Shown here: one piece after another, positions 33,903 through 43,492 of the stretch | Layout: each line of letters begins with the position of its first letter | Numbering within the stretch: the stretch's first letter is position 1 | Assembly: GCA_963771465.1 (NCBI GenBank) | Contig: CAVYTU010000012.1 | Location: 206,642 to 270,641, forward strand | DNA: 64,000 bases | Reading direction: 5' to 3' | Origin: an uncultured delta proteobacterium | Lineage (GTDB): Bacteria; Desulfobacterota; Binatia; UBA9968 | Made by a program: the position numbers and the translations under genes | Notes under the pieces: generated by a model | Databases searched by the model: none | The model's input: only the letters and a program-made list of their open reading frames with translations | What the model was told of the DNA's origin: nothing

Positions 33903-34118
33903 AATCCCGAAGGCCTCAGTTGAAAACGAAGCAGCGAGTGAGGCGTGATCCTTCCATAGTGAAGACAATGGCCCTCTGCCCCTGAGTGGTCAATGATCGT
34001 CGGTGTCGGGGGAAATTTCCGTGCGTCCATCGGAATGGCTTGCCAAGCATACAAAATGACTTTGTAATCGTAGCGTTGGGTGTCTTCACTACTCCAGGAT
34101 CGCGCCTCGCTCACTTCG
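33903..34118. ncRNA. Unknown structured element, copy 2 (putative 5' leader of mgtE paralog 2)
   Basis: Inverted arms at about 33936-33967 and 34081-34112, extended by CGAAG/CTTCG; homologous to copy 1; ends 3 nt from the mgtE ATG. Confidence 0.7.
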
Positions 34119-34269
34119 GATTTTGGCTTAACCTCTCCGCCGATGGGGTCGTTACTTCATAACGACAGGCTGTGAGTTTTGCAAATGTAGAGTCGATTTT
34201 GGCCGTGTTTCACTGCATGGGAAAAATTTGCTAGTGTACGAGACGGGGTGGCGACAGCGACTCGGTCCC

Positions 34270-35706
34270 ATGAAACACTACCAACGCATCTGCCAGGTCA
34301 TTCGGGATAAGCCCAGAGGATTTTTTCTTTTGCCGATCTCGGTGCTCGCGTTGTGCGCCGAACTGTACGCTGCAAGTTTGGCGGCATTGGACGGCACTCG
34401 GCCGCCGTCGTTTGCGGCGATTGCCAAAAAAACCATGCCCGTGGTGGTCAATATTTCGACGACATCGCAGCGTTCGCCGCGCTCCGGGTCCAACGACCCC
34501 ATTGAAGATTTTTTTAACCGTTTCTTCGGTGAAGCGACGCCCAAAGAAAACAATCAGCGCAGTTTGGGTTCGGGCATCGTGATCAGCAAGGACGGCGAGA
34601 TACTGACCAATTACCACGTCGTGCGCAACGCCGACTCGATCAAAGTAAAACTGGCCAATCAAACCGAATATGAAGCGCGGCTGATCGGCAAGGACGACCG
34701 CACCGACTTGGCGTTGATCAAGCTTCGCCGATCGGGCGGCAATCTGCCTTTCGCACGATTGGGATCATCGAGTCAGATCGACGTTGGCGATTGGGTGATG
34801 GCGATCGGCAATCCGTTCGGTCTGGAGCATACGGTCACCGCCGGCATCGTCAGCGCCAAAGGCCGGGTCATCGGTGCCGGTCCGTATGACAGCTTCATAC
34901 AGACCGACGCTTCGATCAATCCGGGCAATAGCGGTGGACCGCTGATCAACGCCGATGGTGAAGTGATCGGTGTTAACAGCGCGATTTTCAGCCAGTCCGG
35001 TGGCAACGTCGGCATCGGTTTCGCGATCCCTATCGATTTGGTGAAAAAAGTCACCGACCAATTGCGCAAGCATGGCAAAGTCGTACGCGGCTGGCTCGGT
35101 GTGCGGGTCCAGGACGTCATGCCCACTCTTGCGACGTCGGTCGGCCTGACGCGAAACCCGAACGAGACTGCGCTGGTGACGGAAGTCGCCGACAAAAGTC
35201 CGGCGGCGGAAGCGAGCGTCAGGACCGGCGACATCATCGTCGAATTTAACGGCAAGCCGGTGCCGAAGAGCCATGACTTTCCCAGCGTGATCGCCGACAC
35301 CCCACCCGGCCAGAAGGTGACACTGAAAATCTTCCGCGACAAGAAAGAACAAGTGGTCAGCGTGCGTATTGGCGAGCTGGCCGAGGATAGTGAAGCCAAT
35401 CAGCAGGCGGAGGCGCGCGACCCGGAGCTCGGATTACGCGTTCAACGGATCACGCCGGAAACGGCGCGCCGCTTGGGGCTCGCTTCGGCTAAGGGCGTAT
35501 TGGTCGTCGAAGTTCAGCCGGGCAGCCCGGCCGATCAAGTCGGCATCGAGCCGGCGGACGTGATTCGCGAAGTCAACCAGCGCGCGGTCAGCAACGTGAA
35601 AGAGTTCGAACGCGCGACGCGCCAGGGGCGGCGCGGCGATCGGATCTTGCTCCTTGTGCAACGCGGCGATAACGCGGTATTCTTCGCCGTGAAGCGTAAG
35701 AGTTAG
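34270..35706 (+). CDS. degP: Do/DegQ family serine endoprotease with two PDZ domains
   Basis: SLGSG, TNYHV, TDLAL, QTDASINPGNSGGPL; start uncertain. Confidence 0.93.
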   Translation: MKHYQRICQVIRDKPRGFFLLPISVLALCAELYAASLAALDGTRPPSFAAIAKKTMPVVVNISTTSQRSPRSGSNDPIEDFFNRFFGEATPKENNQRSLGSGIVISKDGEILTNYHVVRNADSIKVKLANQTEYEARLIGKDDRTDLALIKLRRSGGNLPFARLGSSSQIDVGDWVMAIGNPFGLEHTVTAGIVSAKGRVIGAGPYDSFIQTDASINPGNSGGPLINADGEVIGVNSAIFSQSGGNVGIGFAIPIDLVKKVTDQLRKHGKVVRGWLGVRVQDVMPTLATSVGLTRNPNETALVTEVADKSPAAEASVRTGDIIVEFNGKPVPKSHDFPSVIADTPPGQKVTLKIFRDKKEQVVSVRIGELAEDSEANQQAEARDPELGLRVQRITPETARRLGLASAKGVLVVEVQPGSPADQVGIEPADVIREVNQRAVSNVKEFERATRQGRRGDRILLLVQRGDNAVFFAVKRKS

Positions 35707-35714
35707 GAGGAAAC

Positions 35715-35909
35715 ATGTTTGGACTTGGCGTACCGGAATTGATGGTCATACTTGTGATCGCGCTGGTGATATTCGGGCCGAGCAAGCTGCCCCAAATCGG
35801 CAGTGGACTGGGCAAGGCGATCCGTGATTTCAAGAAAGGCGTTACCGAGAACAACGATGAGGAAGCCGGCAAGGAAGCGAAGAAGGATCCTAAAGACCTG
35901 CCGCGATAA
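35715..35909 (+). CDS. tatA: Twin-arginine translocase TatA/TatE subunit
   Basis: MFGLGVPEL...IFGPSKLPQIGSGLGKAIRDFKK; AGGAGG RBS. Confidence 0.95.
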   Translation: MFGLGVPELMVILVIALVIFGPSKLPQIGSGLGKAIRDFKKGVTENNDEEAGKEAKKDPKDLPR

Positions 35910-36127
35910 TTTATTCGACCATTCTGGATATTATTAACTACCAACCACCGCCCGCGCGTTGCAGTTGCCCACCGCGGTCGCAGAATAATCGCGCCGAGCG
36001 CGTTCTCGCCGTTCGATCCGAAACTGCTATTCGATCTCGAGCCCGCCAACGCGTCAAAGTTTAGCGTGAAAAATCGATTGCGCTAAGGCTCAACCACGCA
36101 ATCCATTATGTGATTTTTATCGCACGC

Positions 36128-36787
36128 CTAGAGTTCCCGGGTTAGGTAACGGTCGCCGGGCTCTTTTCTGGCAAGCACCACGGTGTAGAGGGAAGTCTTG
36201 TTGATTTTGTAGACCTTCTCGATGGTGAGGCCGGTTGTTTTGATGAACGGTTTGAGTTGGAGATCGGTGCGCCAACCCAGCCAGCGAGTCAGCGGGTCCA
36301 TGGCTCGGGTGAGTGTGCCCAGCACCGGAACATCGGTGGTGAAGTGATTGACGATGACAATCCTACCGCTCGGTTTGCAGACCCGTTTGGCCTCGGCGAT
36401 CATGCGCACCGGATCGGGAACCACGGTGACGACATGGAACGCCATGACATAATCGAAACTATTATCGGGAAACTTGAGATCGAGGGCGTTCATCTCGATG
36501 ACTTTGAGATGGCGCCAGCCGTTGTCGGCGATTTTTTGCCGCGCCCGCGCGAGCATGTCGGGTGCCAAATCTATGCCGGTAATATTGCAATGCGTAGGAT
36601 AGGCTGGAAAGGAAGTGCCGGTGCCGGCGCCGACTTCGAGAACCTGCGCGCCCGGCGGGATGTATAGATCCTCGATGACCTGTTCGAGCCGATTGTAGAA
36701 AATCTTGCCGAAGATGCGGTCGTAGAGCGGGGCGAACTCCGAATAGAGTTTGCTCTCGTGCGCCTCGATGTCAGCTATTTTCCCCAC
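36128..36787 (-). CDS. Phosphatidylethanolamine N-methyltransferase-like SAM methyltransferase (PmtA-like)
   Basis: APLYDRIFG, VLEVGAGTG, HVVTVVPDP, RVCKPSGRIVIVNHF, WLGWR; GTG start after GGAGG. Confidence 0.75.
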   Translation of the reverse strand: MGKIADIEAHESKLYSEFAPLYDRIFGKIFYNRLEQVIEDLYIPPGAQVLEVGAGTGTSFPAYPTHCNITGIDLAPDMLARARQKIADNGWRHLKVIEMNALDLKFPDNSFDYVMAFHVVTVVPDPVRMIAEAKRVCKPSGRIVIVNHFTTDVPVLGTLTRAMDPLTRWLGWRTDLQLKPFIKTTGLTIEKVYKINKTSLYTVVLARKEPGDRYLTREL

Positions 36788-36807
36788 CCCCGGCGAACCT
36801 CCCGTTG

Positions 36808-37002
36808 CTAGGCGTCGCGAATTTCCTTGGGCTGCTTTTTGAAGAAGAGCGAGATGTCGCGCCGGCGAAATCTCCACTGTTTACCTTTTTTGAAAGCGGG
36901 CAAAATATTTTTGCGGGCGAATTCATTGACCGTGTCGGGGCTCATGTCCAAAATCACGGCGACTTGTTTGCTGTTCAATAACTCCTCATCGCGTTCCAAC
37001 AT
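36808..37002 (-). CDS. Small excisionase-like (HTH_17) DNA-binding protein
   Basis: LLNSKQVAVILDMSPDTV...LPAFKKGKQWRFRRRDI; GGGAG RBS; TTGACA-17-TAGATA upstream. Confidence 0.82.
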   Translation of the reverse strand: MLERDEELLNSKQVAVILDMSPDTVNEFARKNILPAFKKGKQWRFRRRDISLFFKKQPKEIRDA

Positions 37003-37337
37003 GGCGTCTCCCTGAAGCAAATTTTCGCTGCCCGTAGGTAAAAAGTTTTTCTTATCTAACAAGTTCACCTTGGGCTGTCAAGGCAAGAACGTAACACAAA
37101 AACGCGCCGGGTCGATAAGAATTTTACGCTTGGGAGTAGCCACTGGCGCGCCGCGCGGTTTTGCCGTTTCGAAATTGTTCCTAAAGTAAGAGATACCGTT
37201 TATAGCCGGCAAACGCAACGTTACCATCCCTTGCGCGTATATCTAACTTCCTCTAGCATGAGCCGCAATCGGCGCGGTGACGAACGACCGCCGCTGCGGT
37301 TGCGGTCTTGCGAGATTCTCGGCGACGCGCGCTTATC

Positions 37338-40300
37338 ATGAGAAGAGCACTTAAGTTCATCGGTTTTGCGTCCATCACTGTTGTCCTATTTTTCGTCGTC
37401 GCCGGTTTGGCGTTTTATCACTTGATCAGCATCGGCGAATTCCGCCGCTTCTTAGTTGACGAGATTGAAAAGAACACCGCGCTCAAAGTCCGGCTGGGCG
37501 CCGCGGATCTAGAAATCGGCTGGATCACCGGCGTGGCGTTTCGCGACCTGGCGTTGTCCGAAGGCGATGCGGCGGAGCCAGCGATCACCGCCGAACGGGT
37601 GACCGGACGGGTGGCGCTGCTGCCGTTGTTGGAACGCAAGATCATCATCTATGAGATCCGATTACAGCGGCCTGCGATTCAACTTCAAGCCGATGCGAAG
37701 GGGCGAATTCCGCTCCTCGATAAGCTGCTGAACCTGCCCTTTCTCAAACAACAAAACGAACAGTTCAATCTCGACCTGCACTCGATCCAAATTCGCAATG
37801 GCGAGATCGACTATCTCGACCAACGCAAAGCGGTGAACCTGGGCAGGTGGCGCTTGCGTAAAGCGGACGTCGATTTGAGCCGCGCGCGCGGCCAGCGCTT
37901 AAGCGACTCGATGAAAGATCTCTTCAAGCGTCAGCCGTCGGAGCCCACGGGTGCGGCGCTCGAATTCGATCTCAAGAGCGTGGTCGAAAGAGATCAGGAT
38001 CGGATGAATTTGAAAGCGCGCGGCCGGCTGGTGTTCCCCCAGGAGACGCTCGAGTTTCACCAGGCTCGTTGGAACGCCGATCTCGAGCTGGTCGACTTTC
38101 CCGCCACGTTGATTAAAGAGCGTGTAGGCGCGCGCGTGCCGATCAAATCGATGACCGGCCTGCTCACCCAGCGCGTCCATCTCGAAGGCAACGTTGAGAA
38201 ACAGTTGCAGCTCAAAGGCGATCTCGAATTCAAACGGCTCTCGATGGAGGCTCCGGAGCTTTTCCTCGCGCCGCTCACCGATGCCAATGGCCGAACCAGT
38301 TTTGAACTCGAGTGGACACCGCAGCGCTTGCAAGTGCGCCGCGCCGAGTTTCGCGCCAACGACATCAAGTTTTCCTTACAAGGTGAGATCGGCGCGCTGG
38401 ATAGCGCCGATCCGCATTTGCGCTTAACGCTTTCCGCGCTGTCGACATCGTTGTCCGCTTTGCGCAGGTATATGCCGCTCAAGCTGGTGGAGTCGCCACA
38501 GCTGGCGAAAACCTTTAATTCGAATCTAACCGGCCAATTAGAAGTGAAACACGCCAGCGTCGATGCCCGGCTAGCCGAGCTGCGCCGCCTGACTCAGAGC
38601 GGCACGGGAAAGCATATTCAGTTCGATGCCGAGCTGCGCGACGTGGCCGGCAGCTTGGGCGTCGACAGCATGTTGCCACTGCGCGGCATTCAAACCCATG
38701 TCAGTCTGGCGAATGGGATATTAGCCATTCAGAACCTCAAGGGATCCTACGGCGACGCGCGTCTCAGTGATGTTGACGGCCGCTATGATATGAGCGCAGC
38801 GGCAGGCGGAAAATTTGACCTGCAAGCACAGGGCGATTTCAACTTGGCCGAATTGCGTGAGCAGCTAAAATCAGGGTTAGTCTCGGAGACCACGGCGAGA
38901 GTCGCCACTTCAATTGAAGAGCTGAGCGGCCGCGGTAAATTCGATCTCGTGCTCAAGCGCGGCGCCAACGAAGATATGCAATTCGACGGCAAAATGGCGC
39001 TCGACAACGCCCGTCTACGCTACGATGTATACACACTCAGCGAGATCAAGGGTGAGCTCGCGTTCACGCCGCGAGAAATCAAAGGCGAGAAAATTCGCGC
39101 GCAAATCGGTGGCTCGCCGATCCAGATCCAGGTGTCGTTAAAGGATTACGGCGCTGACGACGGCACGTTCGACTTAGCGATCGACTCTACCGGGGTTAAG
39201 GCCGGCGTGATTACCACCCTGCTGCTCAACACAGGGACGCCGCAGGACCTCGGGGTCGTCAACGGCGCGGTGCGTTATTCGGGTTCTATCAAGAACAAAG
39301 AGCGGCGCAAATTTGCCGGTAACCTCGATCTCACTAACGTGCAGGTCGTCTTGCATCCGTTGCTCCAACCGCTGCGTGAGCTTAACGGTAAAATCATCAT
39401 CGACGAGAAGGGCGTCGATTTTCAGAACTTGAAAGCGATGCTTGTGGGTTTCCCGGCCGGCGCCAGCGGCCGTTGGCGCTATGGGGAGACGCCGCCGTTG
39501 TTGTTCGATTTCGCCGCGCCGAGTTTGGACGTGACGTATTTGATCTCGCAGATCGATCCGGAAGTGGGTGCGTTTTACACTAACCTTCAGGCTGAAGGGA
39601 AAATTACCCTTGCCAAGGGACGGATCAAGAATTTTGAATTTAGCGATTTGAAAACTGACGTGACCATCGACCGCCGCACCTGGCGCTTAACCAATCTCAC
39701 CGCACGTTCAGCGGGTGGAAACATCGTCGGTGTCACCACCATCATCGACCGGCCCGACACGTTGGGCGTGATTGCCGATCCGAAGATTCACGCGGTGCCG
39801 GTGCAGTCCTTCCTCAAATGGTTCGATATCACCAACACGGAGATGACCGGGCGCGTCAATCTTACCGGCAAGTTGGAAACCGTCGGCAAAAACGATGTCG
39901 AACGCAAGCAAAACTTAAACGGCGCGTTCACCCTACGTATCGAAGACGGCACGATCAACCGCATGCGTGCCTTGGTTCAAATACTCAATCTGCTCGATTT
40001 ATCGCGCTGGTTCACGTTTCAACTGCCCGATCTGAGCAAACAAGGGATTACCTTCCGCGCCATTACCGGCGACTTCAAAGTCGTCAAAGGCGTTTATGCT
40101 ACGGAAAATTTGCTGATGGACAGCAACGACTTACGCATGACCGGTTTGGGCAAGATCGACGTGCCGAAAGACGAGCTCGATCTCGTCGTCGCCGTCAGAC
40201 CGTTCGCCGGCATCGATTCGGCGATCAACCAGATTCCGATTCTCGGCTGGGGCATTGTCGCGATCAAGAATTCTTTTATGGTGGCGAGCTTCAACGTCAC

Positions 40301-40460
40301 AGGCAAGATCGAGGATCCGACCATCACGCCGGCGCCGCTGGGCACTCTGTCAGAAATGTTCTGGAGCGTTCTCGGCATCCCGAAGAATATTATCGGACTG
40401 GGCGAGCCCGAGAGAAGAGAAGAAGCGAAGGAGCCGGCGAAAACGCCGGCATCGAAGTGA
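37338..40460 (+). CDS. AsmA-like (YhdP/TamB superfamily) membrane-anchored protein
   Basis: N-terminal TM anchor, beta-rich repeats, AsmA-type C-terminus (GDFKVVKG...GKIDV...IPILG...VTGKIEDP). Confidence 0.85.
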   Translation: MRRALKFIGFASITVVLFFVVAGLAFYHLISIGEFRRFLVDEIEKNTALKVRLGAADLEIGWITGVAFRDLALSEGDAAEPAITAERVTGRVALLPLLERKIIIYEIRLQRPAIQLQADAKGRIPLLDKLLNLPFLKQQNEQFNLDLHSIQIRNGEIDYLDQRKAVNLGRWRLRKADVDLSRARGQRLSDSMKDLFKRQPSEPTGAALEFDLKSVVERDQDRMNLKARGRLVFPQETLEFHQARWNADLELVDFPATLIKERVGARVPIKSMTGLLTQRVHLEGNVEKQLQLKGDLEFKRLSMEAPELFLAPLTDANGRTSFELEWTPQRLQVRRAEFRANDIKFSLQGEIGALDSADPHLRLTLSALSTSLSALRRYMPLKLVESPQLAKTFNSNLTGQLEVKHASVDARLAELRRLTQSGTGKHIQFDAELRDVAGSLGVDSMLPLRGIQTHVSLANGILAIQNLKGSYGDARLSDVDGRYDMSAAAGGKFDLQAQGDFNLAELREQLKSGLVSETTARVATSIEELSGRGKFDLVLKRGANEDMQFDGKMALDNARLRYDVYTLSEIKGELAFTPREIKGEKIRAQIGGSPIQIQVSLKDYGADDGTFDLAIDSTGVKAGVITTLLLNTGTPQDLGVVNGAVRYSGSIKNKERRKFAGNLDLTNVQVVLHPLLQPLRELNGKIIIDEKGVDFQNLKAMLVGFPAGASGRWRYGETPPLLFDFAAPSLDVTYLISQIDPEVGAFYTNLQAEGKITLAKGRIKNFEFSDLKTDVTIDRRTWRLTNLTARSAGGNIVGVTTIIDRPDTLGVIADPKIHAVPVQSFLKWFDITNTEMTGRVNLTGKLETVGKNDVERKQNLNGAFTLRIEDGTINRMRALVQILNLLDLSRWFTFQLPDLSKQGITFRAITGDFKVVKGVYATENLLMDSNDLRMTGLGKIDVPKDELDLVVAVRPFAGIDSAINQIPILGWGIVAIKNSFMVASFNVTGKIEDPTITPAPLGTLSEMFWSVLGIPKNIIGLGEPERREEAKEPAKTPASK

Positions 40461-40750
40461 CGCCCAGGCTGACTCTATATTCGCGTCAGGACTGCTGCCT
40501 GTGCGATGAGATGAAAGCGGTGATCCGGCGCGTTTCCGAGCAGATTCCCATCGAATTACAAGAAATCGACATCGATGCCGATGCTGCGCTGCGCGCGCAG
40601 TACAATGACAAAGTCCCGGTTTTATTCATTGACGGTCGCAAAGCATTTAAGTATCGCGTGACGGTCGTTGAATTGATGCGAACACTTAAACGAAAACGAC
40701 GGCGGTTTCGCATGGGAATAGCGCGCTTAATGGGAAAGGACTCGCCATGA
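40457..40750 (+). CDS. Glutaredoxin-like (DUF836) protein
   Basis: LTLYSRQDCCLCDEM...IDID...YNDKVPVLFIDG; GTG overlaps the AsmA stop. Confidence 0.85.
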   Translation: MTPRLTLYSRQDCCLCDEMKAVIRRVSEQIPIELQEIDIDADAALRAQYNDKVPVLFIDGRKAFKYRVTVVELMRTLKRKRRRFRMGIARLMGKDSP

Positions 40751-41748
40751 ATGCGACATCGATACATGGCTTGTTCACGCTGGCTATAATGACATGCGCG
40801 AATTGGACTTCGGCGGCGGATCGTATTATCGGCGTGCAGTCGGCGCGGGTGATGTCGCAGTCAATGCCGTGGATCGCCGAGGAGACCGGCATCTTTCGCA
40901 AATACAATTTGGAATTTCCGCTGGTCTACATCGGCACATCGCCGTTGGCGACGGCGGCGATGTTGGGCGGCGAGGTGCAGGTTATGATCGACGGCGGTGT
41001 CGGACTGGTGCGCACGGTGATCGGCGGCAACGCCGATCTCGTGTTTATCGGCGGTATCAAGAATCATCTAACCCAGAGCATTCTCGCCAAGCCGGAAATC
41101 AAACGGCTCGAAGATCTGCGCGGCAAGAAGATCGGCGTCACGCGCATCGGCGCGACGACGCATTACTTCGCGATCCAAGTTTTCAAGCGGCGCGGTATGG
41201 AAGCCGGAAGAGATTACTCGATGGTGCAAACCGGCGGCGCGCCGGAGATGTTTGCCGCGCTGGTTTCCGGGACCATCGATGCGGGCACGATGTCGGCGCC
41301 CTGGGACGCGCGGGCGCTTTCGCAGGGCTACAACTATGTTGTCTACGGCCCCGATCTGCGGATTCCTCAGGTGGCGGTGTCGCTGATCACGCGCCGATCG
41401 TTCATCGCGCAGAATACTCCGCTGCTTAGCCGCTACATGCGGGCGATGGCTGAAGCCGCGAAGATTTTGCATACCGATAAAGAGGTCGTTTTGAAAGTCT
41501 TGAGCAAATACCTGCGCATCGAAGATCGCAAAGTGCTCGATCAAGCTTATGGAGCGGAAATTAAGGCGCTCGAACCGCGCATGGAGTTGCGGCTCGAAGC
41601 GGTCCAAGCGATCCTCGACGACATTGCGCCCACCGACGCGCGCGCGAAAAAATTCAAACCGCAGGAACTCTACGACCGGCGATACTTGGAGGAAATGGAA
41701 AAGAGCGGGTTTATGGATAAATTATGGGCGGGAGTGGCGGCGCGATGA
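40747..41748 (+). CDS. Orphan ABC substrate-binding protein (NMT1/SsuA-like)
   Basis: PWIAEETGIFRKYNL, DLRGKKIGVTRIG, GTIDA. Confidence 0.88.
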   Translation: MNATSIHGLFTLAIMTCANWTSAADRIIGVQSARVMSQSMPWIAEETGIFRKYNLEFPLVYIGTSPLATAAMLGGEVQVMIDGGVGLVRTVIGGNADLVFIGGIKNHLTQSILAKPEIKRLEDLRGKKIGVTRIGATTHYFAIQVFKRRGMEAGRDYSMVQTGGAPEMFAALVSGTIDAGTMSAPWDARALSQGYNYVVYGPDLRIPQVAVSLITRRSFIAQNTPLLSRYMRAMAEAAKILHTDKEVVLKVLSKYLRIEDRKVLDQAYGAEIKALEPRMELRLEAVQAILDDIAPTDARAKKFKPQELYDRRYLEEMEKSGFMDKLWAGVAAR

Positions 41749-41970
41749 ATTTCGATGGGACGACGATGGCGCGCAAGTAATTTTCCTTGTGATTTTCTTC
41801 CATCACCTGGTCGGTCATTTTTCAATTTCGCGATCACGGCTCTTTAATCGTTTTTTTTCGGCTCACCGGCTAGGAAAATCTACCGAATTCGCCTTTCAAT
41901 TGTAACGGGACATTAGTGTTTGAAAAAATGCCTTGTTATTAAGCGTCGGGTTCACTATAAGAGCCGAACC

Positions 41971-42294
41971 ATGAAAGTCACGCGACTCTACACCGGAGCG
42001 GACGGCCAGTCGCATTTCGATGATGCCGAGGTGGAGACAGGCAAGCTCCAGCCCGGCGATGGTATTGTGTTTCGCGAGGGTACCCCCGACACTGTTAATC
42101 AATGGCATCGGGCACCTAGACGGCAGTACGTGATCAACCTATCAGGTGAAACTGAGATCGAGATCAGCGATGGTACCAAGCGCCGCTTCGGTCCCGGCGA
42201 TATTCTTCTGGCAGAGGACACTTCGGGTGAGGGTCATATCTCGCGAGACGTGGGCACCCAGCCGCGCCGCTTTGTATTCATCCCAGTAAAATAA
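41971..42294 (+). CDS. Small cupin-fold protein
   Basis: RLYTGADGQSHF, WHRAPRRQY, FGPGDILLAEDTSGEGH. Confidence 0.8.
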   Translation: MKVTRLYTGADGQSHFDDAEVETGKLQPGDGIVFREGTPDTVNQWHRAPRRQYVINLSGETEIEISDGTKRRFGPGDILLAEDTSGEGHISRDVGTQPRRFVFIPVK

Positions 42295-42317
42295 AGAGAA
42301 GCGCATTGCATCACAGC

Positions 42318-42345
42318 ATTGAACTGAACGACGCTTCAATTCGAT
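42318..42345. repeat. REP-like palindrome, copy A
   Basis: ATTGAACTGAA-cgacgc-TTCAATTCGAT; matches 43498-43525. Confidence 0.6.
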
Positions 42346-42397
42346 TACCGAGAAGATTGGATTGATGGAGAATTCGGTTCCTGGCAGCGCCGCGCGG

Positions 42398-43384
42398 TTA
42401 CTTGATTACCTTATCCGCTCGCACCAACACGTTCGGCGGAATCATTAAACCAATTTGTTTCGCTGCTTTCAGATTGACGACGAACTCAAACTTTCTCGGC
42501 TGTTCGACTGGAATGTCGCCGGGCTTTGTTCCTTTTAGAATTTTGTCGACAAAAACAGCCACGCGGTTATAGGCTTCGGTTTGATCGCGCGCGTAGAACA
42601 TCAAGCCACCGAAATCAGTATATTCTCGCGAGGTGTACATTGCTGGCAGCTTATTCTTAGCCGCGAATTCGACGATGCGCTTACTGTGAGTAAGTATGAG
42701 CGGGTGGGACAAGTTCAATAGAGCCTGAGCGCGCTCTTTAATGGCCGAGTCTAATGCCCTGCCAAAGTCACTGCTGGTCCGTACGCCAAGCGATTGCATT
42801 TTCAATCCCAATCCCAGTGCCGCAGCTTGAATCTCTTTCCACTCCTGTGGCTGAGTCGGATTGGTGAGATCCGAAAGAATTCCTATACGGATGACCTTGG
42901 GAGCAACCTCCTTAAGTAACTCCAGCCTTTTGCCGCTTAATGTCTCGGTAAGATTTGTCAGGCCCGTAACGTTACCTCCCGGACGCGCAAAGCTCGCGAT
43001 GATCCCGTTCTCGACGGGATGGCTGATCGTTGTGAAAATAATCGGCATTGTGGCGGACGCTTTCTTGATGGCCAAAACACTGGGTGTGGAGGAAGTAATA
43101 ACGACATCTACTTTTAAATCCACCAACTCAGCCGCTAGATGGGAAAGACGGTCTGGGTTCCCATCTGCATATCGGTATTCGATACTAATAGTCTTTCCTT
43201 CAATATAACCTAGATCGTGAAGTCCCTGTCGGAGAGCGTTGAGTCTCCCCGTGAGAGCCGAAGCTGAGGCGGCGCCGAGAAACCCGATGCGCGGGATTTT
43301 CGCTGGCTGCTGCGCCTCGGCAACAACTCCAATAGTAAGCTGCCCCGCGACGACCAGGATTGATAGGAGCGTAGTTTTCTTCAT
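42398..43384 (-). CDS. Orphan ABC substrate-binding protein (Tyr/Trp-type, DUF534-like)
   Basis: AEAQQPAKIPRIGFL, ARPGGNVTG, GKRLELLKE, KILKGTKPGDIPVEQP, ADKVI. Confidence 0.88.
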   Translation of the reverse strand: MKKTTLLSILVVAGQLTIGVVAEAQQPAKIPRIGFLGAASASALTGRLNALRQGLHDLGYIEGKTISIEYRYADGNPDRLSHLAAELVDLKVDVVITSSTPSVLAIKKASATMPIIFTTISHPVENGIIASFARPGGNVTGLTNLTETLSGKRLELLKEVAPKVIRIGILSDLTNPTQPQEWKEIQAAALGLGLKMQSLGVRTSSDFGRALDSAIKERAQALLNLSHPLILTHSKRIVEFAAKNKLPAMYTSREYTDFGGLMFYARDQTEAYNRVAVFVDKILKGTKPGDIPVEQPRKFEFVVNLKAAKQIGLMIPPNVLVRADKVIK

Positions 43385-43492
43385 TGCCCACCTCGTTCGG
43401 GAGTAGACTTATCACGCGCATCGCAATTCCGAAAAGGATTATTTGACTAGAAAACGAATTCGATTTGTTGAGGGGAAAAGGCTAATTTGGCC

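Noticed and set aside
33903-34118. M-box (ykoK), yybP-ykoY or NiCo riboswitch identity for the mgtE element
   Set aside because: Only short words resemble them (GGAGUAG, ACAAAGUC, UUGGCAAG; CUGAGCAGGC in copy 1 only), and the required pairings are not conserved in both copies. Judged by eye; cmscan is still needed.
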